A stretch of DNA of 64,000 bases from the NCBI GenBank assembly GCA_963764045.1, contig CAVXQW010000011.1:74203-138202 (forward strand), given 5' to 3'. Below are positions 19,964 through 32,810 of the stretch, in pieces; the stretch's first letter is position 1; each line of letters starts with the position of its first letter. The stretch comes from an uncultured bacterium. Lineage in GTDB: Bacteria > Desulfobacterota > Deferrimicrobia > Deferrimicrobiales > Deferrimicrobiaceae. The notes under the pieces are model-generated. The model was given only the letters and a program-made list of their open reading frames with translations, had not been told where the DNA came from and searched no databases. The position numbers and the translations under genes are program-made.

Positions 19964-21160
19964 TCAGGCGAGGGCCTTGACGGCCTGCTCGATGCGGTCG
20001 ATCCCCTTCTCGATGTTCTTCATGGACATGGCGTAGGAGAGGCGCTGGCACTCGTCGTCGCCGAACGCGATCCCCGGGACCGCAGCCACCTTGTGATCGT
20101 CGAGCAGGTACGCGGACAGGGCGGAGGAGCTGTCGATCACCTTGCCCCCGGGCGTTTTCTTCCCGTAGCACCCGGAGAAGTTCGGGAAGACGTAGAACGC
20201 CCCCTGCGGGAGCAGGCACGACACGCCCGGCATCTTGTTGAGCCGGTCGGTGATGTAGCGGCGCCGCCGGTCGAACTCGGCAACCCACACCTTCTGGAAG
20301 TCCTGCGTGCCGTTCAGCGCCTCGACGGACGCCTTGTCGCAGAACGACACGGGGTTGCTCGTGCTCTGGCTCTGGATGTTGTTCATCGCCGCCACGAGAT
20401 CCTTGTCGGCCGCGACATACCCGATCCGCCACCCGGTCATCGAGTGCGACTTGGAAAGGCCGTTCACGAGGATCGTGCGCTTCTTCACCTCTTCGCCCAG
20501 GGAGGCGAAGGAGGCGAACTGGAATCCGTCGTACACGAGCTTCTCGTAGATCTCGTCCGACAGGACGGTGATGTCCTTCTTTACGATCACCTGGGCGAGC
20601 GCCTCCAGCTCCGCCTTCGAGTACGCCGCCCCGGTCGGGTTGGAGGGGCTGTTCAGCACGAAGAGCTTCGTCTTCTTTGTTATCGCCTTTTCCAGCTGCG
20701 CGGGGGTGATCTTGAACCCCGTGGCCTGTTTCGCCTCGACGATCACCGGCGTGGCGTCCGCCAGAAGCGCGATGTCCGGGTAGGAAACCCAGTACGGGGC
20801 GGGGATGATCACTTCGTCCCCGGCCTCAAGGAACGCCTGGGCGACGTTGTAGATCGAGTGCTTCGCGCCGAGGGAGACGATGATGTTTTCCCGCTTGTAT
20901 TCGAGGCCGCTGTCCCGCTTGAGCTTGGCGATGATGGCGTCCTTGAGCTCCGGCGAGCCGGGGACCGGGGTATACTTCGTGTACCCGTCGTCGAGCGCCT
21001 TCTTGGCGACGGCCTTGATGTGGTCCGGCGTGTCGAAATCCGGCTCCCCGGCCCCGAATCCGACCACGTCGATCCCCTGCGCCTTCATCTGCTTTGCCTT
21101 GTTCGTGATCGCCAGCGTCGGCGACGGCTGGATCTTTCCCACTCTCTTCGCGAGCTTCAT
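19964..21160 (-). CDS. aspC: aspartate/aromatic aminotransferase (class I)
   Basis: 398 aa with PLP-lysine motif (SKSHSMTGWRIGY) and typical AAT N-terminus. Confidence 0.85.
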   Translation of the reverse strand: MKLAKRVGKIQPSPTLAITNKAKQMKAQGIDVVGFGAGEPDFDTPDHIKAVAKKALDDGYTKYTPVPGSPELKDAIIAKLKRDSGLEYKRENIIVSLGAKHSIYNVAQAFLEAGDEVIIPAPYWVSYPDIALLADATPVIVEAKQATGFKITPAQLEKAITKKTKLFVLNSPSNPTGAAYSKAELEALAQVIVKKDITVLSDEIYEKLVYDGFQFASFASLGEEVKKRTILVNGLSKSHSMTGWRIGYVAADKDLVAAMNNIQSQSTSNPVSFCDKASVEALNGTQDFQKVWVAEFDRRRRYITDRLNKMPGVSCLLPQGAFYVFPNFSGCYGKKTPGGKVIDSSSALSAYLLDDHKVAAVPGIAFGDDECQRLSYAMSMKNIEKGIDRIEQAVKALA

Positions 21161-21651
21161 CTCCTCTTTGCTCCTTTCAGCTTACTGATCAAGATGTCCC
21201 GCACCATGGGAGGCACGAGGTCGTCAATTTTACCACCGAACTGGGCGATCTCCTTCACAATGTTCGAGCTGATCGCGGAGTAACGCTCCCCGGTCATCAT
21301 GATCACCGTGTCGATCTCCTGGTCCAGCTTCCGGTTCATGTGGGCCATCTGGTACTCGTACTCGAAATCCGAGATCGCCCGTATCCCCCGCACCAGGATA
21401 TGCGCCTCCCGCATGCGGGCGAAATCCACCAGAAGGCCGCGGAACGACGTGACCTCGACGTTCCCCATCGTGGAGGTCAGCCGCTTCAGCATCCGCACCC
21501 GTTCCGCGGGGGTGAAGAAGGCGTTTTTCCGAAGGTTCACCGCCACCGCGACGATCACGCGGGAGAAGACCCGGGAGGATCGCTCGATGATGTCCAGGTG
21601 TCCGTTCGTGGGGGGATCGAACGAGCCAGGGTAGACGGCCAGAGTCCTCAT
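21157..21651 (-). CDS. coaD: phosphopantetheine adenylyltransferase
   Basis: Real start is MRTLAVYPGSFDPPTNGHLD (164 aa). The upstream part of the 452-aa ORF is noise overlapping rsmD. Confidence 0.9.
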   Translation of the reverse strand: MRTLAVYPGSFDPPTNGHLDIIERSSRVFSRVIVAVAVNLRKNAFFTPAERVRMLKRLTSTMGNVEVTSFRGLLVDFARMREAHILVRGIRAISDFEYEYQMAHMNRKLDQEIDTVIMMTGERYSAISSNIVKEIAQFGGKIDDLVPPMVRDILISKLKGAKRR

Positions 21652-22244
21652 CACTTCTCCTGTTTCTGCCCGCCCGGCGGTGCCTGCCCGCGGGGTTCGG
21701 GAATGTCGTACAAGGTGATCCGGGTATCGCCGTACCTGCGGTCGGCCCTCTCCCTCCACCCCGCCGGGAGCGCATCCTCCGGATCCCGGGAGGCCCGTTC
21801 CGCCACCACCACGGCGCCGGGAGCGAGAACGCCGGCGCGGGAAAGCAGCCCCGCCGACATGCCGACCAGCCCCTTGCCGTACGGGGGATCCAGGAACACG
21901 AGATCGAAGGTCCTCCCCTTCGCAGAGAGCTTCCGGACCGCCTCCCGGTAGTCGAGGGGGAGACAGACCGCCTCTTCCGCCTCCAGCGCCGCAAGGTTCG
22001 CCCTCAGCGCGCTGAGCGCCGCGGGCGAAGACTCCACGAGCACCGCCCCGGCCGCCCCGCGGGAGAGCGATTCGATCGCCAGCGCGCCCGTCCCGGCGAA
22101 GAGGTCGAGCACGACGGATCCCTCCACGTCGTTCCCGAGAATCGCGAACACGGCCTCGCGCACCCGGTCGGTGGTCGGCCGCACGGAAAGCCCGCGCGGG
22201 GCGCGAATCGGTCGCCCCCCCCACTTCCCCGCGACGACGCGCAC
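21651..22244 (-). CDS. rsmD: 16S rRNA (guanine966-N2)-methyltransferase RsmD
   Basis: 197 aa with DLFAGTGALAIE and LDPPY motifs. Conserved rsmD-coaD pairing. Confidence 0.8.
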   Translation of the reverse strand: MRVVAGKWGGRPIRAPRGLSVRPTTDRVREAVFAILGNDVEGSVVLDLFAGTGALAIESLSRGAAGAVLVESSPAALSALRANLAALEAEEAVCLPLDYREAVRKLSAKGRTFDLVFLDPPYGKGLVGMSAGLLSRAGVLAPGAVVVAERASRDPEDALPAGWRERADRRYGDTRITLYDIPEPRGQAPPGGQKQEK

Positions 22245-22265
22245 TTTCGGTACTGCCCGGTAGCC

Positions 22266-23354
22266 TTACTTCTGCCCGGCAAGCGCCCCGGCGACGATCT
22301 TCGCCGTGCCGGCGGCCCGGAACGCCTGGAAGAGCCGCTTCGCCTCGTCGTACGCCGCCTGCTCGATCTTCGAAGCGACCGGCGCGGGGACGGCATCGAT
22401 CTCGGCCTTGAACGGCTTGGTGGCGAATTTGATGTCCTTTCCGGACTCCTTGGACCAGTCGCGCATCCTCCCCATCAGCTCCGGCGGGAGTCCCGCGTGG
22501 GCGATGTTCTGCCACTGGGTGCCGACGTTCCCCTTGCGGATCCCGTATTCGGCGAACTTCCCGATCAGGTGGAGCGGCGTCCCGGTGATGCCGTGCTGGG
22601 CGATGGAGACGCCGAAGCGCTCGTGGATGGCCCGATAGATCTCGCCGGTGCGATCGAGGTCGATGGAGATCTTCTCCCCTTCCAGGTAGTTGCCGTGCTT
22701 GGACCCGTTGTTGATCGCCAGCAGGTCCGGATGAACTCCCGCCGCCGCCAGCCGCTCCATGAGATCCACGGCCTCCTCAACGGTCGACAGGTGCGCCTCG
22801 GTCCCCACCGACTTGATCTCCCCCACCTCCACCTCGAGGCCGAGCTTGCGCTCCGCGATGGGACCCGCAAGGCTTGCGGTGATCCGGGCGTTGTCGGGAA
22901 TCTCGTTGAACGACGCATCGATGGCGAAGCTCGTGTACCCGGCGGCGAGCTCCGCTGCGATCAGAGCGCGGGCCCCCTCGACCTCGCCCTCCGTTGTATT
23001 CTTCACGGTGATGTGGTCGCCGTGGATGACGAATGGAGTGTCGAACTCCGCCCTTTTCGCCGCCGCGACGATCGTGCGGACGAAGATCTCCGGGGTCATT
23101 CCGGTGTAGCCACCCTTCAAATCCCCTTCCGACTTGGCCAGTTCGAACGCGACCACGGCGTCCATCTCCTTCGCCGCCCGCATGATCCCAGGGATGACGA
23201 GGGGGATCCGGATGTTGCACGCCATGACGATCGTCTTGTGGGACGCGAGGGCGCGATATACGTCGCGGCCGTTGACCGGGCACGCCGGATTCCCCGGGGG
23301 GATCTCCTTTGCCGCATTTTCCGGTACGAACCGCCTCATCGACTTGTAGTCCAT
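22266..23354 (-). CDS. class II fructose-bisphosphate (ketose-bisphosphate) aldolase family protein
   Basis: Real start is MDYKSMRRFVPENAAKE (ATG 23352-23354). Architecture matches class II aldolase (ACNIRIPLVIPG, ...PFVIHGDHITV, IAQHGITGTP). Exact subfamily not resolved. Confidence 0.65.
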   Translation of the reverse strand: MDYKSMRRFVPENAAKEIPPGNPACPVNGRDVYRALASHKTIVMACNIRIPLVIPGIMRAAKEMDAVVAFELAKSEGDLKGGYTGMTPEIFVRTIVAAAKRAEFDTPFVIHGDHITVKNTTEGEVEGARALIAAELAAGYTSFAIDASFNEIPDNARITASLAGPIAERKLGLEVEVGEIKSVGTEAHLSTVEEAVDLMERLAAAGVHPDLLAINNGSKHGNYLEGEKISIDLDRTGEIYRAIHERFGVSIAQHGITGTPLHLIGKFAEYGIRKGNVGTQWQNIAHAGLPPELMGRMRDWSKESGKDIKFATKPFKAEIDAVPAPVASKIEQAAYDEAKRLFQAFRAAGTAKIVAGALAGQK

Positions 23355-23456
23355 GGGACCTCCTTCGGGCCAGCCACCCCCATTATTGGAATTTTGGACC
23401 CGCGCGTCAAGGCGGTCGGTCGCCTCTCCCGCGGGGAGCGTGATAAACTTCCGCGA

Positions 23457-24317
23457 ATGACCGGCCACCTTTCCCCGTTGCGCGTCGGACGCATTCCGTA
23501 CGCCAATCTCGTCCCCATCTTCCACGGGCTCGCGACGGGGGGTGTGCCGGGCGGGGTTTCGTTCGTCGACGGGCACCCCTCCGATCTGAACCGGAAGCTT
23601 CGGGACGGGGAACTGGACCTGTCGCCCTCCTCCTCCATCGAGTACGCCGTCCACCCGGACCGATACCTCCTATGCCCCGACATTTCCATCTCGTCGAGGC
23701 GGCGCGTGATGAGCGTACTGCTCCTGTCGAATGGACCGCTTCGGCGGCTTCCCCCCGAGCCGATCGCGGTCACCGGGAACTCGGACACATCGATCACGCT
23801 GCTCGAGATTCTCCTCCACGAGTCGCTGGGGCGCGCGAATCTGCTCGTCCGGACGGAGCTTCCCCCGAGAGAGGCGCTGCGCCGCTACCCGGCCCATCTC
23901 GTGATCGGGGACGAGGCGATCCGGGCGGCTGTCGACGGCGTGGCGCCGCACGTCACCGATCTCGGCGAGTGGTGGCGGCGGGAGACGGGGAAACCGTTCG
24001 TCTTCGCCCTTTGGATCGCCACCCGGTGCGCGTGGGAAGATCGCGGGGAATCCCTGTCCCGATTCTCCGCCGCCCTTCTGGAAGCGAAACGTTCCGCGCA
24101 AGCGTCGATCCGCAGGAGGGAATATCCATGGGGAGGCCCCGACTGGATCCCCCCCGCCTTCCGGGACGCCTACTGGCGCTGTCTCTCCTACGACCTCGGG
24201 GCGGAGATGGAGGGTCTCTCCCTGTTCTACGAGCTGGCGGCGAAGATCGGCCGGATCCAGGCGGCTCCACCTCTCCGCTTCCTGGAAATCGGCCCTGAGT
24301 ACCCTGTGGTAAAATAA
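23457..24317 (+). CDS. menaquinone (futalosine pathway) biosynthesis protein, MqnA/MqnD family
   Basis: 286 aa from MTGHLSPLRVGRIPYANLVPIFHGL... Periplasmic-binding-protein-like fold signature of MqnA/MqnD. Confidence 0.6.
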   Translation: MTGHLSPLRVGRIPYANLVPIFHGLATGGVPGGVSFVDGHPSDLNRKLRDGELDLSPSSSIEYAVHPDRYLLCPDISISSRRRVMSVLLLSNGPLRRLPPEPIAVTGNSDTSITLLEILLHESLGRANLLVRTELPPREALRRYPAHLVIGDEAIRAAVDGVAPHVTDLGEWWRRETGKPFVFALWIATRCAWEDRGESLSRFSAALLEAKRSAQASIRRREYPWGGPDWIPPAFRDAYWRCLSYDLGAEMEGLSLFYELAAKIGRIQAAPPLRFLEIGPEYPVVK

Positions 24318-24341
24318 GGAATCCCTCCGGGAGGAGACACG

Positions 24342-24542
24342 ATGATCGGCAAGGAGATGAAGATCGAGGACGTGCTCCGTCGATATCCGCAGGCGATTCC
24401 GGTCTTCGAGCGGTTCGGGATCGATTGTGCCCAGTGCCAGCTCTCCGAATACGAAAATCTTGAGCACGGCGCCAAGGTCCACGGGATCGACCTGTCGGCG
24501 TTGCTGAGGGAGCTGAACGGGGCAGCGACGGCGGGAGAGTAG
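24342..24542 (+). CDS. DUF1858-domain small protein (hybrid-cluster-protein-associated redox disulfide-like)
   Basis: 66 aa, MIGKEMKIEDVLRRYPQAIPVFERFGIDCAQCQLSEYENLEHGAKVHGIDLSALL. Confidence 0.6.
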   Translation: MIGKEMKIEDVLRRYPQAIPVFERFGIDCAQCQLSEYENLEHGAKVHGIDLSALLRELNGAATAGE

Positions 24543-24551
24543 AGGATCCGG

Positions 24552-24935
24552 TCAGTCGCCTCGGGAGTAGTCGGCCCGGGCATCGTCGGATTCCCACACG
24601 GTCACACGGGACACGCGCACCGGCGCCGGGACCGATTTGCCCATTTCCTCGTACAGGTGTCGCGCGAGATTCTCCGACGACGGGTTCATCCCGTCGAACG
24701 GCGGGACTTCGTTCAGATACCGGTGGTCGAACCGGGAGAGCAGATCATGAAGCGACGTCTTCAGGATCCGGAAGTCGAGCGCGATCCCACGTTCGTCGAG
24801 CGTCGGTGACTCCACCGTAACTTCCACCTGCCAGTTGTGCCCGTGCAGCCGCTCGCAGTTCCCGTCGTATTCGCGCAGACGATGGGCGGCGGCGAAGGAC
24901 GTTCGCACGGTGAGGGTATACAACCCTGAGCTCAT
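24552..24935 (-). CDS. queD: 6-carboxy-5,6,7,8-tetrahydropterin synthase
   Basis: 127 aa, PTPS fold with CERLHGHNW and zinc histidines. Confidence 0.8.
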   Translation of the reverse strand: MSSGLYTLTVRTSFAAAHRLREYDGNCERLHGHNWQVEVTVESPTLDERGIALDFRILKTSLHDLLSRFDHRYLNEVPPFDGMNPSSENLARHLYEEMGKSVPAPVRVSRVTVWESDDARADYSRGD

Positions 24936-25540
24936 CGATCCTCCATGGGCGAAAGGATAATCCTCGATTTCGATGCGGCCCGGGTTTGCCAGTTTCGGAT
25001 CTCCTGCGCGATCCGCGCGTCGAGCATCTCCTTCCGGACCTCTTCAAAGGTCGGCGTCACTCCGTTATCCGGGGCGGATAATTTGCGGGCAAGCTCCCTC
25101 CGCACATCGTCGTCCTTCACCTCCACGAACACGGCGACACGGCGGTTGAAATAATCCCGGAGGAGCAGTTTCCGGCGGATCCAATCCCGGGTTTCCCCGG
25201 GTTCGATCTCCCGTTTGCAGGGAGACGAGCACCCGGCCATCCGGGACTCCGCCTCCCGCGCAACCCTTTCCAGCGTCGCATTGTCCACCGCCCCGAGAAG
25301 AAGTTTCCGCTGCTCCTGGAGCCCCAGCGTGTCGAGAATCAGGCGATCCCGCGCCTGACGGAGGGAAAGGATCTCCCCCCCGGTCCCGGGCATCGCCGCG
25401 CACGCGAGGAAGCACGCCTCCCGCCTGACGTCGGAGACGAAGATCACCTCGCCGTTCACCGATGCAGCGGTGGACTCGTAGACACGGTACCCCTCGGCCG
25501 CGCGGCCCGTCGAGGGGGTAAGGAACAGGAGGGCCAGGAG
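24932..25540 (-). CDS. SurA-N-like periplasmic chaperone-domain protein (start uncertain)
   Basis: Hydrophobic leader SVPILLALLFLTPSTG followed by ~170 aa with SurA N-terminal-domain-like helices. No obvious in-frame start codon. Confidence 0.4.
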   Translation of the reverse strand, partial: LLALLFLTPSTGRAAEGYRVYESTAASVNGEVIFVSDVRREACFLACAAMPGTGGEILSLRQARDRLILDTLGLQEQRKLLLGAVDNATLERVAREAESRMAGCSSPCKREIEPGETRDWIRRKLLLRDYFNRRVAVFVEVKDDDVRRELARKLSAPDNGVTPTFEEVRKEMLDARIAQEIRNWQTRAASKSRIILSPMEDR

Positions 25541-25559
25541 AATGGGAACGCTACGGGTA

Positions 25560-26380
25560 TCACGTCGACAGTTCGAAGGAGATGTCGAAAGCGGGAGCGG
25601 AGTGGGTGATCGCGCCGACGGCGACGGCGGCCACTCCCGTGCGGGCGTACTCCTCGACATTCCCGAGATGGATCCCCCCGGATGCCTCGAGGAAAACGAT
25701 CCCGCCGAAGCGTTCGACCGCCTTCCGGACCATCGACGGCGACATGTTGTCGAGGAGGACCGCATCGGCCCCCGCCGCGACCGCCGCCTCGACGTCCGGA
25801 AGCGTCTCCGCCTCGACCTCGACGCGGAGGAGGTGGTGCGCCGCCGAACGCGCCGCCGCGACCGCCGGGGCGATTCCGCCGGCCGCGCGGATCCCGTTCT
25901 CCTTGATCAGGATCCCGTCCGAAAGGGAGAATCGGTGATTCGTCCCTCCCCCCACCCGGACCGCATACTTCTCGAGAACCCGAAGCAGCGGCGTTGTTTT
26001 CCGAGTGTCGAGCAACTTCGTGCCGTGAGGGGCGATCCTCGAAGCATAGAGGGACGTCGCGGTGGCCACGCCCGAGAGCCGCTGGAGGAAGTTGAGGGCC
26101 ACCCGCTCCGCCCTCAAGAGGGAGCCGGCCGGACCGGACGCCTTCCCGACACGGTCGCCGCGGGCCACGCGGCACCCTTCGGGGGAGAAGGAAACGGAAA
26201 CGGACGGATCGACCTGGCGGAACACCTCCGACGCCACCGGCCCGCCGCAAAGCACCCCATCCCCTCCCGCCAGGAACAGGCCCGACGCGTCCCCCTGGAA
26301 TGCCTCCCCGAAGGGGTCGCCGAACGGGGCGTCCTCGCGCAACGCCGCGCGGACGATCTCCTTGTACAAGTGCCGGGAGA

Positions 26381-26384
<4 letters not shown>
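25560..26384 (-). CDS. nadC: nicotinate-nucleotide pyrophosphorylase (carboxylating)
   Basis: QPRTase C-terminal TIM barrel (…GADAVLLDNM…ASGGI…). GTG start at ~26382-26384 overlaps the valS TGA (GTGA). Confidence 0.8.
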
Positions 26385-29035
<2,651 letters not shown>

Positions 29036-29133
29036 CGGCGAAAACGCTCCATGGTCGGAAATGCGGTTCGAGGGCGGCCGGACGCGGACACCCTTACATT
29101 CCTTCGGCGCTGGCGGGGCGGAAGGTTACCGGA

Positions 29134-30432
29134 TCAGGGGGAAGGCTTCCCGGCCTGGCCGCGGATCCGGGCGATCTCCTCGCGGATGAGCGCTTCCGCG
29201 GTTGACGGGATCACCTCCCATGCGACGGCCTCGACCGACTCGCGAAGCTTCGCGGAGAACTCCGCGGCAAGACGGTCCGTCATCTCCCACATCACTTTTT
29301 CCACCGCCTCGGAGGCGACGTCACGGAAGATCTCCGCGGCGCGGTCTGCGAAGAATTCCCGCAGTTCCGCATCGCCCGGCCGGGATCCTGCGTCGAGCGG
29401 GGCGATAAACGTCTCGGGTGGCGCGGGGTGCGGCGCTTCGACGGGGTGTCCCGCGACGACAGGCTCGGGGACGGCATGTTCCGCAATGACAGCCTCCGCG
29501 GCGACGGGTTCCAAAGTGTCAGGCTCCGTGACGACGGGCCGCTCGGGGACCGGCGCTTCGATGACAGGGGCCGGTTCCTCGGCGATCGTTTTCGACGTCG
29601 CGTCCGAAAGGATCCGGAGCGAAGCGGGCGTTTGGGTCGAAACGGGGTCGGCCGCCGGCATGGGGGCCTCCACGTCCTCGAGATGCTCGATCTCCTCGAT
29701 CTCCTCCACGTCATCCAGCGCCGGCGAAAGATCGGTTACGGGATGCGGGGAATCCACCGCGAGGTCGCTTTCCATATGTTCGACCTTCGGCACGGGTGCG
29801 GAGAGAGGCGGCTCCGTGGGAAATTCGCTCGCCCCCCCTTCGATCTCGTCGATCGACACATCGAACTCGTTGAACGTCGGGGAGACCTTTCCCCCTCCGG
29901 GGAGTATCGCCCCGGGGAGCAGCTCCTCCCGCGCCGCCGGCGGGGGCGCCGCGGATTTCCCCTCCTCGCCCTCGACCTCGTTCATGATGTCGCTGAAGTC
30001 CCAGCGCTCGTCGGCCGGCGGCGCTTCCTGCGGGATCCGGGCCGCCGGGACCGGCATCGCTTCACGCAGGAGACGTTCGATGTTCTCCAGCAACTCCCTG
30101 GACTCGAAGGGCTTGAACAGGACGCCTCTGGCCCCGCTGGCCTTGAAGCGCGCCTCGTCGAGAGGGACCAGGGTGCCGGAGAGGATGAGGACGGGGATAT
30201 TTTCGGTCTTCTCCATGGCGCGGAGTTCCGCGGCGACGGCAAAGCCGTTTTTCCCGGGCAGCGTGAGGTCGGCGACCACGAGGTCGGGGAAGATCTCTCC
30301 TGCGAGGCGGACGGCATCCTCCCCGTTGTCGACCGCGGTTATCGCGATGTCCGAACGGGACAGGGCAAGCTCGAACACCTTCCGGATGGTCAGGCTGTCT
30401 TCCGCTAGAAGTAGCTTTTTCGGCATGGTCAC
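29134..30432 (-). CDS. response regulator: REC domain + long Pro/Glu/Ala/Val-rich disordered linker + conserved acidic helical C-terminal domain (RomR-like architecture)
   Basis: 432 aa. N-terminal CheY-like REC (LLAEDS...DLTLPGKNG...LSGT...FKPF). Residues ~130-350 are low-complexity PEP/VxEP repeats. C-terminus is ...LREFFADRAAEIFRDVASEAVEKVMWEMTDRLAAEFSAKLRESVEAVAWEVIP... Confidence 0.7.
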   Translation of the reverse strand: MTMPKKLLLAEDSLTIRKVFELALSRSDIAITAVDNGEDAVRLAGEIFPDLVVADLTLPGKNGFAVAAELRAMEKTENIPVLILSGTLVPLDEARFKASGARGVLFKPFESRELLENIERLLREAMPVPAARIPQEAPPADERWDFSDIMNEVEGEEGKSAAPPPAAREELLPGAILPGGGKVSPTFNEFDVSIDEIEGGASEFPTEPPLSAPVPKVEHMESDLAVDSPHPVTDLSPALDDVEEIEEIEHLEDVEAPMPAADPVSTQTPASLRILSDATSKTIAEEPAPVIEAPVPERPVVTEPDTLEPVAAEAVIAEHAVPEPVVAGHPVEAPHPAPPETFIAPLDAGSRPGDAELREFFADRAAEIFRDVASEAVEKVMWEMTDRLAAEFSAKLRESVEAVAWEVIPSTAEALIREEIARIRGQAGKPSP

Positions 30433-30450
30433 CCCCGATTGCCCTCCATA

Positions 30451-32740
30451 TTAAGGAGATTCCGGTATCTTTTCAACCAGCAGGAAATCGATCTCGCCCC
30501 GGTCGGGGTCGGCGCGACGCACCCGCACGCGCACCCGGTCACCAAGCCCGATCCGGCCTTTCCGATATTGGCCGACCCACTCCATCCGGTCCGGCGAGAG
30601 CCGGTATTCATCGTCCCGCAGCGTCGAGACGTGAACCATCCCGTCGATCATCGAGCTTTCAAGTTCCACGAAGAATCCCGAGGAGACGAGGGAGGAGACG
30701 GTCCCATCGAAGGAACGTCCCACCTGCCCCGCCATGAACAATGCCTTCGCCCGCTGTTCGAGCGTCCGCTCCGCCTCCATCGCCAGCCGCTCCCTTCCGG
30801 AAAGATGGCTCCCGATCTCCGGTCCCTTCTCGCGGAGGGCACGAAGGGAATCGGCCGATCCCCGATCCCCGAGCGCCGCCTTGAGCACGCGGTGGATGAG
30901 AAGGTCCGGATAACGGCGGATGGGGGATGTGAAATGGGTGTACCGCGAGAGGGCGAGCCCGAAATGCCCCTTCATCTCCGGGCCGTAGCGAGCGAGCATC
31001 AGACTGCGCAGAAGCATCCGGTGGACCGACCGCTCGAATTTCCCCCCCGCGCGAGGTCCGCCCACGCCTGCAGGAGGGAAGAGGTATCGCGACGGTCGGT
31101 GGGCCGGGATCGGCGCAGAAGCTTGCCGGCCGCCACCTCGAACTCCTCGATCTTCTCCATGGCGGGTTCCTCGTGAATCCGGAAGAGGATGGCGTCGCCG
31201 CGTCCGGACAGGTACTCGGCCACCGCCGTGTTCGCGAGCAGCATGAACTCCTCGATCAGCCGGTGGGATTCGAACCGTTCCGACGGCTTCACGGAGACGG
31301 GAATCCCCTCCTCGACGGCGATCTCCGCCTCGGGCAGGTCCAGATCGAGGGCGCCGCGGCCGAAGCGCGCAAGGGTCAATCCGCCCGCCGCCGTCGCCAT
31401 GTCGCGCAGCATCCGCCCGATCTCCGGCGTGATCTTCGCGACCGCGGGCTTCCCCCCTCCTCTTCGAAGGCTCCGGTCCCGAGAAACGAGTGGACCTCGT
31501 CGTAGGTCAGGCGCGCGCGGCTTCGGATGACGGATGGGTGGAAGGACGGCGCCCCCGGCGTCCCCCCGGGCCGGATCGGGATTTCGACCGTCATCGTCAG
31601 GCGGTTCACCCCCGGCTTCAGGCTGCACACCCCCTCCGAGAGTTCGGGCGGCAGCATGGGAACGCAGCGATCGGGGAAGTAGATGCTGGTCCCGCGGAGG
31701 TACGCCTCCCGGTCCAGAGGCGACCCCGGCTCGACGTAATGGGCGACATCGGCGACCGCGACATACAGGCGGAAACCGTCCCCCTCCCGGACGAGGCAGA
31801 CGGCGTCGTCGAAGTCCCTGGCATCCTCCCCGTCGATCGTGACGAACGGGAGATTCCTCAGGTCGACCCGCGGGTGCGCTTCATCCCCATGGAACATTCC
31901 TCCAACGCGGGAAGAAAGGCGGACGGCCTGCGGGACGGCCGCCGCCGCATCCAGGACGGGGCCCGGGAAGGTGACGGGAAGTTCCATCACGGAGGTCACG
32001 GCGAGGAAGAGGGTCTCCATCGTGTGCGACTTCCCGAGGGCGCGGACGATACTGGCCCGCCCCGGTTTCTCCCCTTTTGGATATTCGGTGACCTCCGCCA
32101 GGACAAGGTCCCCGGGTTCCGCCGAAAATTCCGCCGGGAGATCCACCTCAAGAAGAAGGTCGGACTCCCGGTCGCGGAATCGGACGAAGAAGCGGTTCCC
32201 CGTCGGCGCGTACCGGCCGACAAAGGTCCGGATCCCCCGCTCGAGGATCCGCTCGACCCGTCCATACGACTGGCCGCCGGCCCGCCGACGTTCGAGCCGC
32301 ACCAGCACCCGGTCCTTGGGCCACGCCCCGGAGAGGGAGTGTCCCGGGATCCGCACGATGGGCATTTCCGGATCGGCCGGGATCACGATCGGCCGCCCCT
32401 CGCGCGTGAAACGCAGACGTCCCTCGACGGTTCGGCCCCCGTCCCCTCCCCGGTGGTCCCGCGAAGCCCCGTACGGCGTGCCTTCACCAGATATCCGGCC
32501 CTTCCCCCGACGGGGCGGCTTCTTCTCCCGTTTCCCCTTCCCCCCTTCCGGGTTCAGCGCCTTCAGCGCGGCCTTGAAGGCGCGGCGCTCTCCCTTCTCC
32601 ACACCCGCCTCGCGGTACCAGTCCTTCACCGATGCGCGCGGCTCCTCGAGCGCCTTCGAATGCTGCCGGAGCCACCGGTCCCAAAACGCCTGGTCGCGCA
32701 TTCGCGAATTCTCCTTCAGGTCGAAATCTTCCCCCATCAT
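30451..32740 (-). CDS. rnr: ribonuclease R (RNB + S1), split across three frames by two homopolymer frameshifts
   Basis: Cold-shock/N-terminal region plus RNB start in ORF 31376..32740. RNB middle in 30999..31628. RNB end ([18 protein letters not shown]) plus S1 in 30451..31065. Junctions coincide with the C6 run at 31452-31457 and the C7 run at 31042-31048. Confidence 0.8.
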
Positions 32741-32810
32741 ACGCGGATCCGTTTTTAAGATTGCCGCGGCGACCGGTTTTGCGTTACTCTTCTACTTCCG
32801 CGCAATGCGT

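Noticed and set aside
21652-22515. 452-aa ORF containing coaD
   Set aside because: Only the last 164 aa are CoaD. The upstream part overlaps rsmD out of frame and is compositionally non-coding.
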